A stretch of 32,000 bases of DNA from Candidatus Saccharimonadota bacterium (GTDB taxonomy: Bacteria; Patescibacteriota; Saccharimonadia; Saccharimonadales; UBA4665). Location: NCBI GenBank assembly GCA_016699935.1, contig CP064992.1, forward strand, positions 420,001-452,000, given 5' to 3'. Position 1 is the stretch's first letter. The number at the start of each line of letters is the position of its first letter. Both the position numbers and the translations under genes were made by a program. Of this stretch, positions 9,066 to 18,437 are shown piece by piece. The notes beneath the pieces were generated by a model that saw only the letters and a list, made by a program, of their open reading frames with translations, did no database searches and was not told the origin of the DNA.

Positions 9066-10812
9066 TGTGGTAACGCCCCATACGCCTTAATAAGTATAGG
9101 TTGTAGGTTAGACGATTGAGCATTTCCCTGGATTACTCCCTGGTATGCCTGGAGGTGCAGATGTGGCTGTGTACCTTGTGCGCAAGCAGGCTCCCCAATC
9201 ACGCCTAACGTCTGCCCTTGCTGTATCTTTGCGCCAACCTCTGTTTTTAGGAGCGACCCGCCACGAAAATGTGCATAGAAATAGTAATTACCATCATCTC
9301 CTTTTATTTGTATACTGGGGTACCCACCAAGCTCTGGAGAGCAAGATGGCTTTGGTTTGTAGGTAACCACAGTTCCCCTACTGCGGCAACAATCTCAGTA
9401 CCCGGGGTGTCGAAAATATCTGCAGCCGGGTAGTCGTGGTGGCAGTTTGTTTGGCTGGTATAGCACCAAACCCATTTGGTTAATTTATAAGTCGCGTCTT
9501 GGTACTGCGCTGTCTTGATCCTGGTCTGTGTAGTTTTAAGAGGGAACGTAAAGTTACCCACCGTGCCAAGCTCACCGCCAAGCGTAACCGCTGTGTTCGT
9601 TGCGGGCGGGTTAGGTAAAAGACTCTTGTCATACAAACCAGCTCCAGCTGCCACGGAAGCACGAATCAAGAGGCAGGGGTTTGTTTGGTCATGTTCAGGA
9701 ACCTGGCTTATTTCGTTAATACGCGTTGTTGAGTTCCCCCAGGTAACTATATTGTTTGGATCGTCACACTTTGCCGACTCCCAATAGGCCTCTGGGTCAT
9801 TTATAAAAATTTGGTCATCCTCTGGGTAGCCGTACTGAGTAATGCCAAAAGGATCTTTTTCCGGTAGCTTAGCTGCTGCACTAGCATCACGCGATGCCAG
9901 AGAAGTAAGCGAACTCGTCAGCGACCCAAGTGGGTTCAAGGAAGTAGCTATCAAACTATCCTGCGCGCTACCTGAACTGCTCGGTACATTAAGCGCAATT
10001 TTTGATATAAGAGACCGACTGTTTTTTGTGTCAAACATCCGTGCGTACAGAGACGCCTGGCTATAGTCGTACTGCCTTTCTTCGGCATCGGCCTCGCGAA
10101 GCTGGGCTACCTGTGCATTTGAGAGCGCCTTTCCGCCCAGTCCAAAGTGTGCCGAATAGTTATTGAGTATATTCATTCCTCCGGCCATTGTCTCGAAGTA
10201 TCTAGCTCCACTTTCGTTTGGTGTAGACGCAATTATGTAGAATTTTTTAAACACGTCATCTTTTATCCATTTCATTAGCTGGACTAGTTGATCTGAGTTT
10301 ATTGCTGCAACGAGTTTTGCAAGAGGCTCTTTAACGAAGGCCAAAACATTATTTAGCAGACTATCCCTAACACTAACCCATACGTTCCCGATAAACCCCG
10401 GCAAAGCGAGCATTGGGTTATTTGTGATTCCTGCAATCGCAGCATTGGCTACGGTCACAAGGGCGCCCGTGGGGGAGCCTATAGCTACATTTGGGCAAAT
10501 GAGTGCGCCCGACGGATAACCTTGGCCATCATCGCACAGGGCCTTTGGTGTTGTACTTTCTGCGTATGCCGTTGGAAAGAGAGACGCCAACGGCTTTTGG
10601 CTCCCTCCGCCCATGATTGCACCATACAAAGGGCTGCTTTGTGCGCTACCCCCGCCTTGATCCCGCGACGAATCAGCTGCGTACAATTGTGAAAATGAGT
10701 TGAGCGTGGCCGGGTCAGCGGACCCGCTCATTAACTCACTTGCATACGTCAAAGCCATAGTTGCCGTACCAACCATAGCTGTCTCGTTCATGACATAGTT
10801 CATGTGCAACAT
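9062..10812 (-). CDS. Large protein with unknown N-terminal ~480-aa region and C-terminal M23 (LytM) peptidase domain, reading frame broken once
   Basis: ORF 9304..10812 ends in HHDYPAADIFDTPGTEIVAAVG. ORF 9062..9370 continues VVTYKPKP...YYFYAHF...GTQPHLHLQ. They join as ...AAVGGTVVTYKP... if the C4 run at 9375..9378 gains one base. An alternative start at ATG 10803 forms an ATGA overlap with the upstream stop. Confidence 0.7.
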
Positions 10813-11306
10813 GGCGGGTCCTGCTTTTGGGCACCGGTAATCAGGCTAGCGCCGAGGTCAATCCAACCAATAAAGGGAACCACCTTGACGGCAATTTTGG
10901 CTGTTGTTTCTCCGGCAAATTGTTTTATAAGGTATTCAACAGCGCCCTTCGAGCGGACTTCCTCAGCCTCTCTATTTATGTCAGTAATGTTTACTTGGTC
11001 ATGCGTCGATTGTAGGGCGAGAAGTCGCGCTTGCAGATCGCGTTGATAGTTTGTCATGCGCTCACCATTGCTGTCGGCGCTGCTCTCCAGGTCTGTACAC
11101 GCAAACCCCGCAAACGCACACTCAAGCGAGGTGCCAATAGAAGTGTTGAGTGGGGTTATAACACGCCGGAAAAATGTTCCCCTTGCCCAAGTAATGAGCT
11201 CTTGTTTGGTGGCTTTTATTTTCTTTCTAGTCTCACAAGCGACGATACAGTAACGGGGTCCGTACTTTCTACCTACAATAGGCTTTGCTATCGCCCAGAC
11301 ATACAT
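10800..11306 (-). CDS. Hypothetical protein (T4SS operon)
   Basis: 168-aa ORF co-oriented with and tightly packed against its neighbours. It has a helical charged middle (YQRDLQARLLALQSTHDQVNITDINREAEEVRSKG) and a hydrophobic C-terminal segment (KIAVKVVPFIGWIDLGASLITGA). I recognise no family. Its frame stays open upstream of the ATG, so fusion to 11321..12220 by an indel cannot be excluded. Confidence 0.5.
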   Translation of the reverse strand: MYVWAIAKPIVGRKYGPRYCIVACETRKKIKATKQELITWARGTFFRRVITPLNTSIGTSLECAFAGFACTDLESSADSNGERMTNYQRDLQARLLALQSTHDQVNITDINREAEEVRSKGAVEYLIKQFAGETTAKIAVKVVPFIGWIDLGASLITGAQKQDPPCCT

Positions 11307-11320
11307 TTTCTCCCTGAGCG

Positions 11321-12220
11321 TTAAGTCTTTTGTGGCTCGGCGTAGCTCCCGATTAAACTCCCTTTTCCTCTTAGCTGAGCAAAAGCCTTTCCTTCAAAAT
11401 CACGCGTATTACCGGTAAAGGTTCCCAAATCTATTCTGTCTTGTAGGTTTTTGCTGATTATAAATACTCTATTACCGGTACCTGTTGCCTCAAGTCGAAA
11501 CTCGATGCCTTTTTCAGCAAGCTTACCTTCTATGTTGGCGTCGCGCCAGGCTCGAAAGTTTGCAGTAACGATATTAGTTTTGCCACTAACATCGGCACAT
11601 GATTTTGTGCGCCGGGTGGTTGTACAGCCATTCTTTACCATACCAGGAACCAGGTACTTCACGACATAATAGTGAAATATGTTATCTCCCATTTTGCCGA
11701 CAGCTCGATTAGATACCGCGCTGTATGCATCATGAAGATTTGTTGGAATGTGAATAAACTGGAGCATAAGTAAGAATGAAAACCCTAAAATCCCCCTCCC
11801 CCAAGCACCGCACCAAAACCTCCAAACATCAACATCTTTTTCGTCTTGAAAGAAATGTTTTTTTCTTCGACTTCCCTTTTTCTTGTCCAGCGCTTCTTTT
11901 TCATCCGCACCAGCACCTGAGTAATTGAGGCTATCTGCAGCCTGGCTTTCTTTGTCGGATAGTTTTTCTGCGGAATCAAGTTTTGCTGACCCTGACTCTT
12001 TAGCGTCTGGGCTAGCAAACGAACCCTCAAGGTCGCTAAGGGCATTTTCGTCTGCAATGTTTGAGCCTGACTGGGACGACGAGGGCATAGCGAAATCCCG
12101 CTCAAGGTCATCTGCCGCAGGGGCGTTGTAGAGCTCCTCTAGCTGTTGCGGCGACATGTCTTGGTTGTCAAGGGTTTGTAGCCTCTTAGGTTTGTATTGT
12201 GCGTCGTCGTCTTGAGCCAT
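11321..12220 (-). CDS. Hypothetical bitopic membrane protein: acidic disordered N-terminus, one TM, ~150-aa external domain (candidate VirB8/TcpC-type scaffold)
   Basis: 299-aa ORF starting 2 nt after the virB4 stop. The first ~120 aa are D/E/S-rich. A basic stretch KKKGSRRKK and a hydrophobic segment FWCGAWGRGILGFSFLLMLQFIHI follow, then a mixed alpha/beta-looking C-terminal domain. The function is inferred from topology and context only. Confidence 0.5.
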   Translation of the reverse strand: MAQDDDAQYKPKRLQTLDNQDMSPQQLEELYNAPAADDLERDFAMPSSSQSGSNIADENALSDLEGSFASPDAKESGSAKLDSAEKLSDKESQAADSLNYSGAGADEKEALDKKKGSRRKKHFFQDEKDVDVWRFWCGAWGRGILGFSFLLMLQFIHIPTNLHDAYSAVSNRAVGKMGDNIFHYYVVKYLVPGMVKNGCTTTRRTKSCADVSGKTNIVTANFRAWRDANIEGKLAEKGIEFRLEATGTGNRVFIISKNLQDRIDLGTFTGNTRDFEGKAFAQLRGKGSLIGSYAEPQKT

Positions 12221-12222
12221 AG

Positions 12223-14148
12223 CTATGACAGGTTATTTGCGCTACCAGGGTATAGCTGATTTTGTAAATCGATAGTGCCCTGTGGTTGGTTTAGTTCCCC
12301 TTGCTTCATCGCTTGGACTTGTTGGGGGTTTGTTGTGATTAAGCCCGTCTCAGTTGGGCTGGCGACGATTTGGATATGTACATGATTTTGCCCAGCAAAG
12401 AAAAGCCCCTGACCGACTGGGAATTGTCCAAGACGTTTCTTTTCTTCCTCGGTGAGCTTAAAGACATCGCTCAGGACATCCACAGCACTACTCGATTGCT
12501 TGAGAAGGATCTGCATGCTGGCATTTGCAACAATGGCACGACCCATACGTGAACCCATAAAGTCCTCAACGTCTTGTGTTATGGTGGTAAGGCCAAGATT
12601 GTATTTGCGGCAGCGCTTGGCCATGCTGAAAAGGAAATTGGCGCTGTCCTCGTATTTCATGAGCTGCCAGGCCTCGTCGACGATGAGGATGCGTTTCTTT
12701 TTGCTCGCTTTTAGTCTTGTTCCAAATGTAGTTGAGTACGATGTACATAGCGACGGGACGCAGCTCGTCTTCCAGGTCGCGGACGTTGAACACGACTAGT
12801 GGGTTGTTGATATTGACATTGCTTTGCTGGCTGAATATACCTGCGAACGTGCCACTCGTGTATTTGCGAAGACGTTGTGCGAGTTGGGGCCGGTACCACC
12901 CATATGAAGCAGCGTGTCATACAAGTCTGCAATGGTTGGTGGCAAAGAAGAATGTGTCAGAGGGTCTTGTGTAATTCCAGCCTTTGCATAGGTGTCTATG
13001 AGTGCGGCATCCAGGTCTGCTTCTTCTGTGGGTGATAGTGCTGGAGCGAGCGTGCTGTTCCCTCCAAGCATCTGAGCCTGAGCGCCCCCCATCATGAGCC
13101 GCAAGAGTCCATGGAGCGTAATCAGGTTTGAGCGCAGCGCATTGTCTGCTTCCTCGTTGTCGACTACCTGAGGGAGGTCAAATGGATTAATACGTGTGGT
13201 GCTGTTGAGGCTAAGCCGGACGTATGCGCCGGCCACCGCATCACACATGCGTTCATATTCGTTCTCTGGGTCGATGATGAAAATCTCCGTACCGAACATC
13301 AGGCTTCGCAAAGCCTCCAACTTAACAGTGAAGCTTTTCCCTGCGCCCGCCTTGGCAAAGACGACTGAGTTACCGTTTTCAAGGCTGAAGCGGTCAAAGA
13401 TGACCAGACCACTATTGTGCATGTTGATGCCGTACAATATGCCATTGTCCTGGCTGAGGTCGGCGCTCGTAAACGGAAAACTAGTGCTAATTGCGCCGGT
13501 GCTCATGTTGCGGCGGATTTGGAGCTGGTCGGTCATTTGAGGTATTACGCTATTAAGGCCTTGCTCTTGTTGGGAAGTTGCCGCCTTGCTGTATACGAGT
13601 TGTTGACCAAGCATGCTCTCAACCTTGTGGCTGACAAACTCAAGCTCTTCCTGGCTCGTAGCGTATATAGTGAAATACAAACCGAACCGGAAAAAACGCT
13701 CCTCGCCGACTTGAAGCTTGTCGCGCATTTCCTCGGCGTCTAGGATGGCTGCTTGTTTACCGGGGTCGCGCACTCGACCCTTCTCGGAATCTATCTGAAG
13801 ACCAGCTTCGAGCTGAGTAACTTTTTTGCGAAGGTTTTCAAGGACAACTTGGCTTTCTACGGGGTATACATAGATAGAAAGATCCATTACCTCGTCAAGA
13901 TTGACGAGGCCGCTTAACCACCCCGTGTAAATCTGTCGGGGGTAGCCGTAAACGTAGTATGTACGAGCAAGTCGTGTGCCAATCTGGAAGTGCGTGCTAA
14001 AAAACTCAATACTACTAGGTGCTATAAAATCTCGTAGTGCCGTAATACCCCTACGAAAAGCCTCATTTACTTCTGCTTGCTCTTTTGCCTGCTGAACCTG
14101 GGCTAATGCAACAGGGTCAAGGGTTGGTTTTTTCTTACCAAAGGCCAT
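12223..14148 (-). CDS. virB4: VirB4/TrsE/ConE-class T4SS ATPase, reading frame broken twice
   Basis: The start MAFGKKK at 14148 has GGGAGG 8 nt upstream. Walker A is VVFAKAGAGKSFTVK, Walker B is RILIVDEAWQLM, and the C-terminal part reads RCRKYNLGLTTITQDVEDF...NASMQILLKQ. ORFs 12796..14280, 12566..12793 and 12223..12660 join at G4 12886..12889 (...GGTGPQLAQRLRKYTSGTFAGIFSQQSNVNINNPLVVFNVRDL...) and at T5 12698..12702 (...SEQKKRILIVDEAW...). Confidence 0.85.
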
Positions 14149-14221
14149 TAGGAACGCCTCCCATGTGCGCGAGGCAAGAGCAATCTTTGTTGCATCTGAA
14201 ACACATATAATAATGCAAACA

Positions 14222-15076
14222 TTACTGGAGCTCCCTTTGCAGATGTTGTTGCGGGGCCCTGCCCTCGCCCTTCTGTACAACTTCTGCCGTCAGATCATTA
14301 AAATTCTTTAACTGCTGTCTTGTTGCTGTGTCGGGGTTGTACGTATCGTAATAGAGCTCTATCAGCTCCTGAGTGTCTAGGGGTAGACCTTGGATGCCGC
14401 ATTGTTGTAACCCGCCAAGCACGGCTTGAACTCGGTTGCGGAGCTCGTCCTTTGCTTTCATAAGGTCGGGCTCATTAATCACAACATGATTCTCGGTCTT
14501 ACTAAACAGCTCGACGAAACCTGTGAAAAAGTTTTTACTCTGCGTAAGGGCTTTGTCTGGACCCAGTGCTGGCTCGTACGGAACTACAATGTAAAACTTC
14601 TTGTCCATAATGTTTGTTTGTAGCGCAAGCTGGTCTATATAGCCTATGTAGTCGTCCATGAGAAGAGCGAGTAGCATATTGTCGTGTTCCGTGCGAATCT
14701 TATCAAGCTTCTCTATGTATGGCTGTAAGTCAACCTTCTGAGAGCGTATGAAAATCTGCATCGGAAAGTACAAAGAGTTTAGAAACCCCTGATAGGCGTA
14801 TTCGGTTGACTCTTGCTCTTGGGGGCTCATAAGGTCAAAGTTTATGCTTTTGACCATAACAACCGCCCGGTAGCTGCCGTCGTTCATGATAACGATACCG
14901 TCGCGGATCTCGGCTATCTGCAAGGTGTTTTGGGTGCTATTCGGGTTACTTTTTGGAGCGGCAGCGGCTTGCTGGCCCGGGGTTTGTGGTATGGACTGCG
15001 GCGAAGCAGGATAGGTCGGGCTTTGTATGCTCGCTGGAGGCGTCTGAGTTGCATATGGTTGCTGGTTTGGGTCCAT
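14222..15076 (-). CDS. T4SS accessory protein resembling the N-terminal (non-ATPase) domain of Gram-positive VirB4 proteins, with a Pro/Gln-rich N-terminus
   Basis: 284 aa. After a P/Q-rich ~50 aa comes LQIAEIRDGIVIMNDGSYRAVVMVKSINFDLMSPQEQESTEYAYQGFLNSLYFPMQIFIRSQKVDLQPYIEKL. This is the pattern seen at the N-terminus of ConE/Orf16/TcpF-type VirB4 proteins. No Walker motifs are present. It sits directly upstream of virB4. Confidence 0.55.
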   Translation of the reverse strand: MDPNQQPYATQTPPASIQSPTYPASPQSIPQTPGQQAAAAPKSNPNSTQNTLQIAEIRDGIVIMNDGSYRAVVMVKSINFDLMSPQEQESTEYAYQGFLNSLYFPMQIFIRSQKVDLQPYIEKLDKIRTEHDNMLLALLMDDYIGYIDQLALQTNIMDKKFYIVVPYEPALGPDKALTQSKNFFTGFVELFSKTENHVVINEPDLMKAKDELRNRVQAVLGGLQQCGIQGLPLDTQELIELYYDTYNPDTATRQQLKNFNDLTAEVVQKGEGRAPQQHLQRELQ

Positions 15077-15098
15077 GCCTACGTCCTATCTTATCGAC

Positions 15099-16230
15099 TT
15101 AGCGAAGCGAGATTACAACTTCGCCGTCATCATGATCTGTTTCTTTTTTCACCTGCCGGGCAATAGTTGCGACGTCCAAATCATCGTTACTCGCGAGGTT
15201 CATTATAGCAGCCTGTCTCTCTGAAGTCACTTGTGCTTTTTGACGTTCGGCTTGTTGTTTTGTGGCTATTGCTGCTGCTTCATTCTGTTGGTTAACTCTC
15301 CGCTCCTCGGCTAGCTCTGCGGGAGTTTTGATGTGCTTCAAGTGGTCGTTAGCCGTTGTTTGTGTTTGGCTCGCCGTCTTAAGCTGCTGAGCCAAGGCTT
15401 CTTCCTCGGCGGTTGGTGTGGCCGCTTGTGTTACCGCGGGCGGTTCGCTAGCAGACGTCATGCCCGGCGCAACCACGGCGGCATTATCAAAGGTAGCTTG
15501 CCCGGCTACTGGCGGGGGTTGGTGCATAAACCAATAGTCATTCTGGGGGGTGCTTTGAGCTGATTGTGTCGGTGGTGGCAATGCGGGAGCCTGCATTAGC
15601 TGTATAAGCTGCTGTCGTTGGCTGGTAGCGGCACCGTGAATCATGGCATCAAAGTGTTGTGCGATTGGGCTTGCGCTTGGGTCGAGCATATCATCTGCTG
15701 CACGTATATCAAGCCCGCTCACCTCTTGCGGTAATGACATTGCATCGACAAGACGGTCTGACGCTACAGCATCAGACTGAAGGCCAGTAGAAACGCTCAC
15801 GTTTACGTTTTTAACTGCCCACCCTCGACTATCGATTGTATCGGCAAGAGCATGTAGTCGGCTTCTTACCTCGATCTGACTTAGTCCGTTTGTTAGACTT
15901 CGCTCAATCTTTTTGGGCACTGTAATGGTTACGAGTTCCTTGGCACCGCTTTGATCCCAGATGCGTTTGCGAGGCTTAAGTAAAAAGCGTAACTTCGCAA
16001 TGGCCCATACCTCAGTGGGTTGGTCGCCGTGCCAAGGAATGGCCAAAAACCAGCGAAGAGTGCGGGTGGAACAAAAAAAATGAGTAAAAATCCAACATTT
16101 TTTGTGAGGGCAAAAAGGAAAGATACAACAGGAAAGCCGAAATCGCAGCATAAATAAATTGCCGCAAGGACAATGGCCCAACGAGCTTATCTTCCGCTTC
16201 AACATCTTGCAAAACCTTATACGTCGCCAT
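15099..16230 (-). CDS. PrgI-family (VirB3-like) small-TM T4SS protein with a long Gln/Ala/Pro-rich C-terminal extension, reading frame broken twice
   Basis: The start MATYKVLQDVEAEDKLVGPLSLRQFIYAAISAFLLYLSF is the PrgI-family opening common in CPR genomes. A third frame supplies TM2 (FALTKNVGFLLIFFVPPALFAGF). The frame of ORF 15099..16205 then continues LAIPWHGDQPTEVWAIAKLRFLLKPRKRIW. The joins need +1 base in each of the A5 runs 16112..16116 and 16045..16049. Confidence 0.7.
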
Positions 16231-16285
16231 ACTGCTTATAGTATAACAGCACATTGGCAGCATCTGATGAGTGTGCACGGTATGC

Positions 16286-18437
16286 TTAGATTGTGGGCGC
16301 TTCGGTCATAGCAGCACGCCTGGCGGCCTCACTCATGCGTCCGCTTGAGTATTCGCGTCGTCTTGACGTGAACAAGTCAATGAGCTCTTGGTTCGCGCGT
16401 ACGTCGCTATTGCCGCGGCAGTAATCCATTATTTCCTGAGTTGACGCTGATCCTCCCCGTGCGTCTAATAGGGGTTGTAGAATTGTACGCATACCATCAG
16501 AGAGTTCCTCGGAGTAGTACTGCTGTTGTAATTGTGTGGCAAACTGTTCGCGAGCGTCAATCGAAGCACCCGAAGCCATGTCTTGGAAATTAGCGAAGGT
16601 TGCGAATTCGGATGCCAGTGTGTCCATGTCATTACTACCCGTAAGGAGACGATTGCCGTTACTTTCAAAACCGTCCATATTGCTGGTGAGGGTTGCGTTA
16701 AGACGCATACCACCCTCTCTGGCAACTTTTCGTGCCGTTCGTAGGTTGCCTAACTCGGCTTGGCTATTGCGCATGCTCTGGTATGATTGACTTCGCAGCA
16801 AATTTTCTTCATCGACGGTAAGGGCGCCATTGCCTTGCTCACCCATGGTAGCGATTCCTACGCGTTGGCTGAACGTCATGCCGCTAAAATCAGCACGGGT
16901 TTGGTTTTGGCCTAGGATGCCGCCGATATCTTCGTCGCTCATGACACCTTGCTTAATGAGATGATTTGAAGCTTCAGCAATAGCCCGAAAGTCCGTTTCG
17001 TGTGTTTCTTCATTAAACCACCCAGCCCCATCCATAGTTTGGCCACGGAAAGCGGCTGCCTTCATCGCTCGACTACCCATAGTTGTCCCAGTACCGGCTT
17101 CAAGCTGGGCCATACGCATACGTGCTCGTTGTTGCATTTGATGCTCACTAAGACCTTCTTGCGTCATAGCGTGCCTGTTCCTATTGACGTATTCGCGTAG
17201 ATAATCACCCCGCGAATTTGCGTAGATGGCGGGTATGGTCGCGTCGGTTGCCCCGAGTGAAAAGCCCTTGTCTTTTTCGGCTCGTTCGGCCGCTGCGTCC
17301 TGGATTAGCTTTTTCTCAGCCTGCCTATATTGACGCCTTCCAGATCGAGTCATGCTAACGCCTCCTTGCCTTGCTAGGGTGCTACGGCGGGCATATCCTG
17401 TCACAATTCCTGGACCCCTCTTGGCCCCAGTGGCATATTCGCCTTTTCTGTACTCAGAGCTATCGTGTAGGAACTTATTGCCACGTCCCATTGCCTTGCT
17501 ACCCAAGCCACTCGCCCAACCAATCGCTCCTCCCAGAACACCGCTGAATTTTTGTGCAATGGGTATGATGAGTAATATTGGCCCAAAGAAAAGAATGACC
17601 ACGAGTAAATAACCACCCGGCAGGTTATCCACTTGACTTGTGACCCGCGCCATTACCTCACCAGATGCAAGCAGGGCCATAATAACGGGGAATATTGTAA
17701 GGCTTGTCAGGGTTGTATTTTTCCAAAAAGACCAGATTTTTGGGTGCCAGGCAGTACGTATGACGCAATAGCGAGTGGTGCGAGTAATAAACAAAGCATT
17801 ATAACAATCCATCTTAGACCAAATATCATAAAGGCGATGAGTAATATCAGGCCAATGATGAGGAGTATAGTTGCAAACCCAATCCCTCCCAAGAAATACA
17901 GTTTCGGGACGCCCGTCACAATTAAAAGCAAAAGTGACGCCCAGTTATAAACTCCATTCGAGCTATCAACTTTCGCAATGGGCATAGTGGCAAATGGTCC
18001 GACGAGTATATCATGTGTCCAGCTTCCGATGTCGTTTGTTAGTTCTATAAAGAATTGCATGAGGTTCCAGGACAGGGCTATGCCCACGAGCGCAACGCCA
18101 AGACGAGGCATAAGCTTGCGTATAGTGTAAGCATCCAAAAATTCAAACCCGAGTGCTTGACTAATCACCATAGTTAGTCCAGCGATGACGATGATTGCAA
18201 TAGCAATGTTCCGAAAGCTTGCCCAGGCGTTATGCAGGTTGTCGGTTGCCTGTCCTGCTCCAGTTTTGCCAAAGACATCTTGAGACGGGAAAACATGAGC
18301 CCTTCGATATTTTGTGTCATTGAGCGCATGAATGCCTGCAGGCCTGAGGTCACAGGACAAATGATCCATTCCATAGTATCACCGTCAAACCCGCAAAGGC
18401 TCGTCGGGGCATTACCTGCGCCGTTATTATTAGTCAC
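16286..18437 (-). CDS. VirB6/TrbL-like polytopic T4SS membrane protein with a ~430-aa soluble C-terminal extension, reading frame broken twice
   Basis: ORFs 18174..18437, 17707..18369 and 16286..17812 join at 18287..18293 (...IEGLMFSPSQDVFGKTGAGQ...) and at T5 17737..17741 (...VLPGTQKIWSFWKNTTL...). At least 6 hydrophobic helices are present (IAIAIIVIAGLTMVI, LGVALVGIALSWNLMQFFI, LLLLIVTGVPKLYFLGGIGFATILLIIGLILLIAFMIF, IVIMLCLLLAPLAIA, LTIFPVIMALL, GYLLVVILFFGPILLIIPI). A GTG start overlaps the upstream stop (GTGA at 18434..18437). The family call rests on topology and context. Confidence 0.6.
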
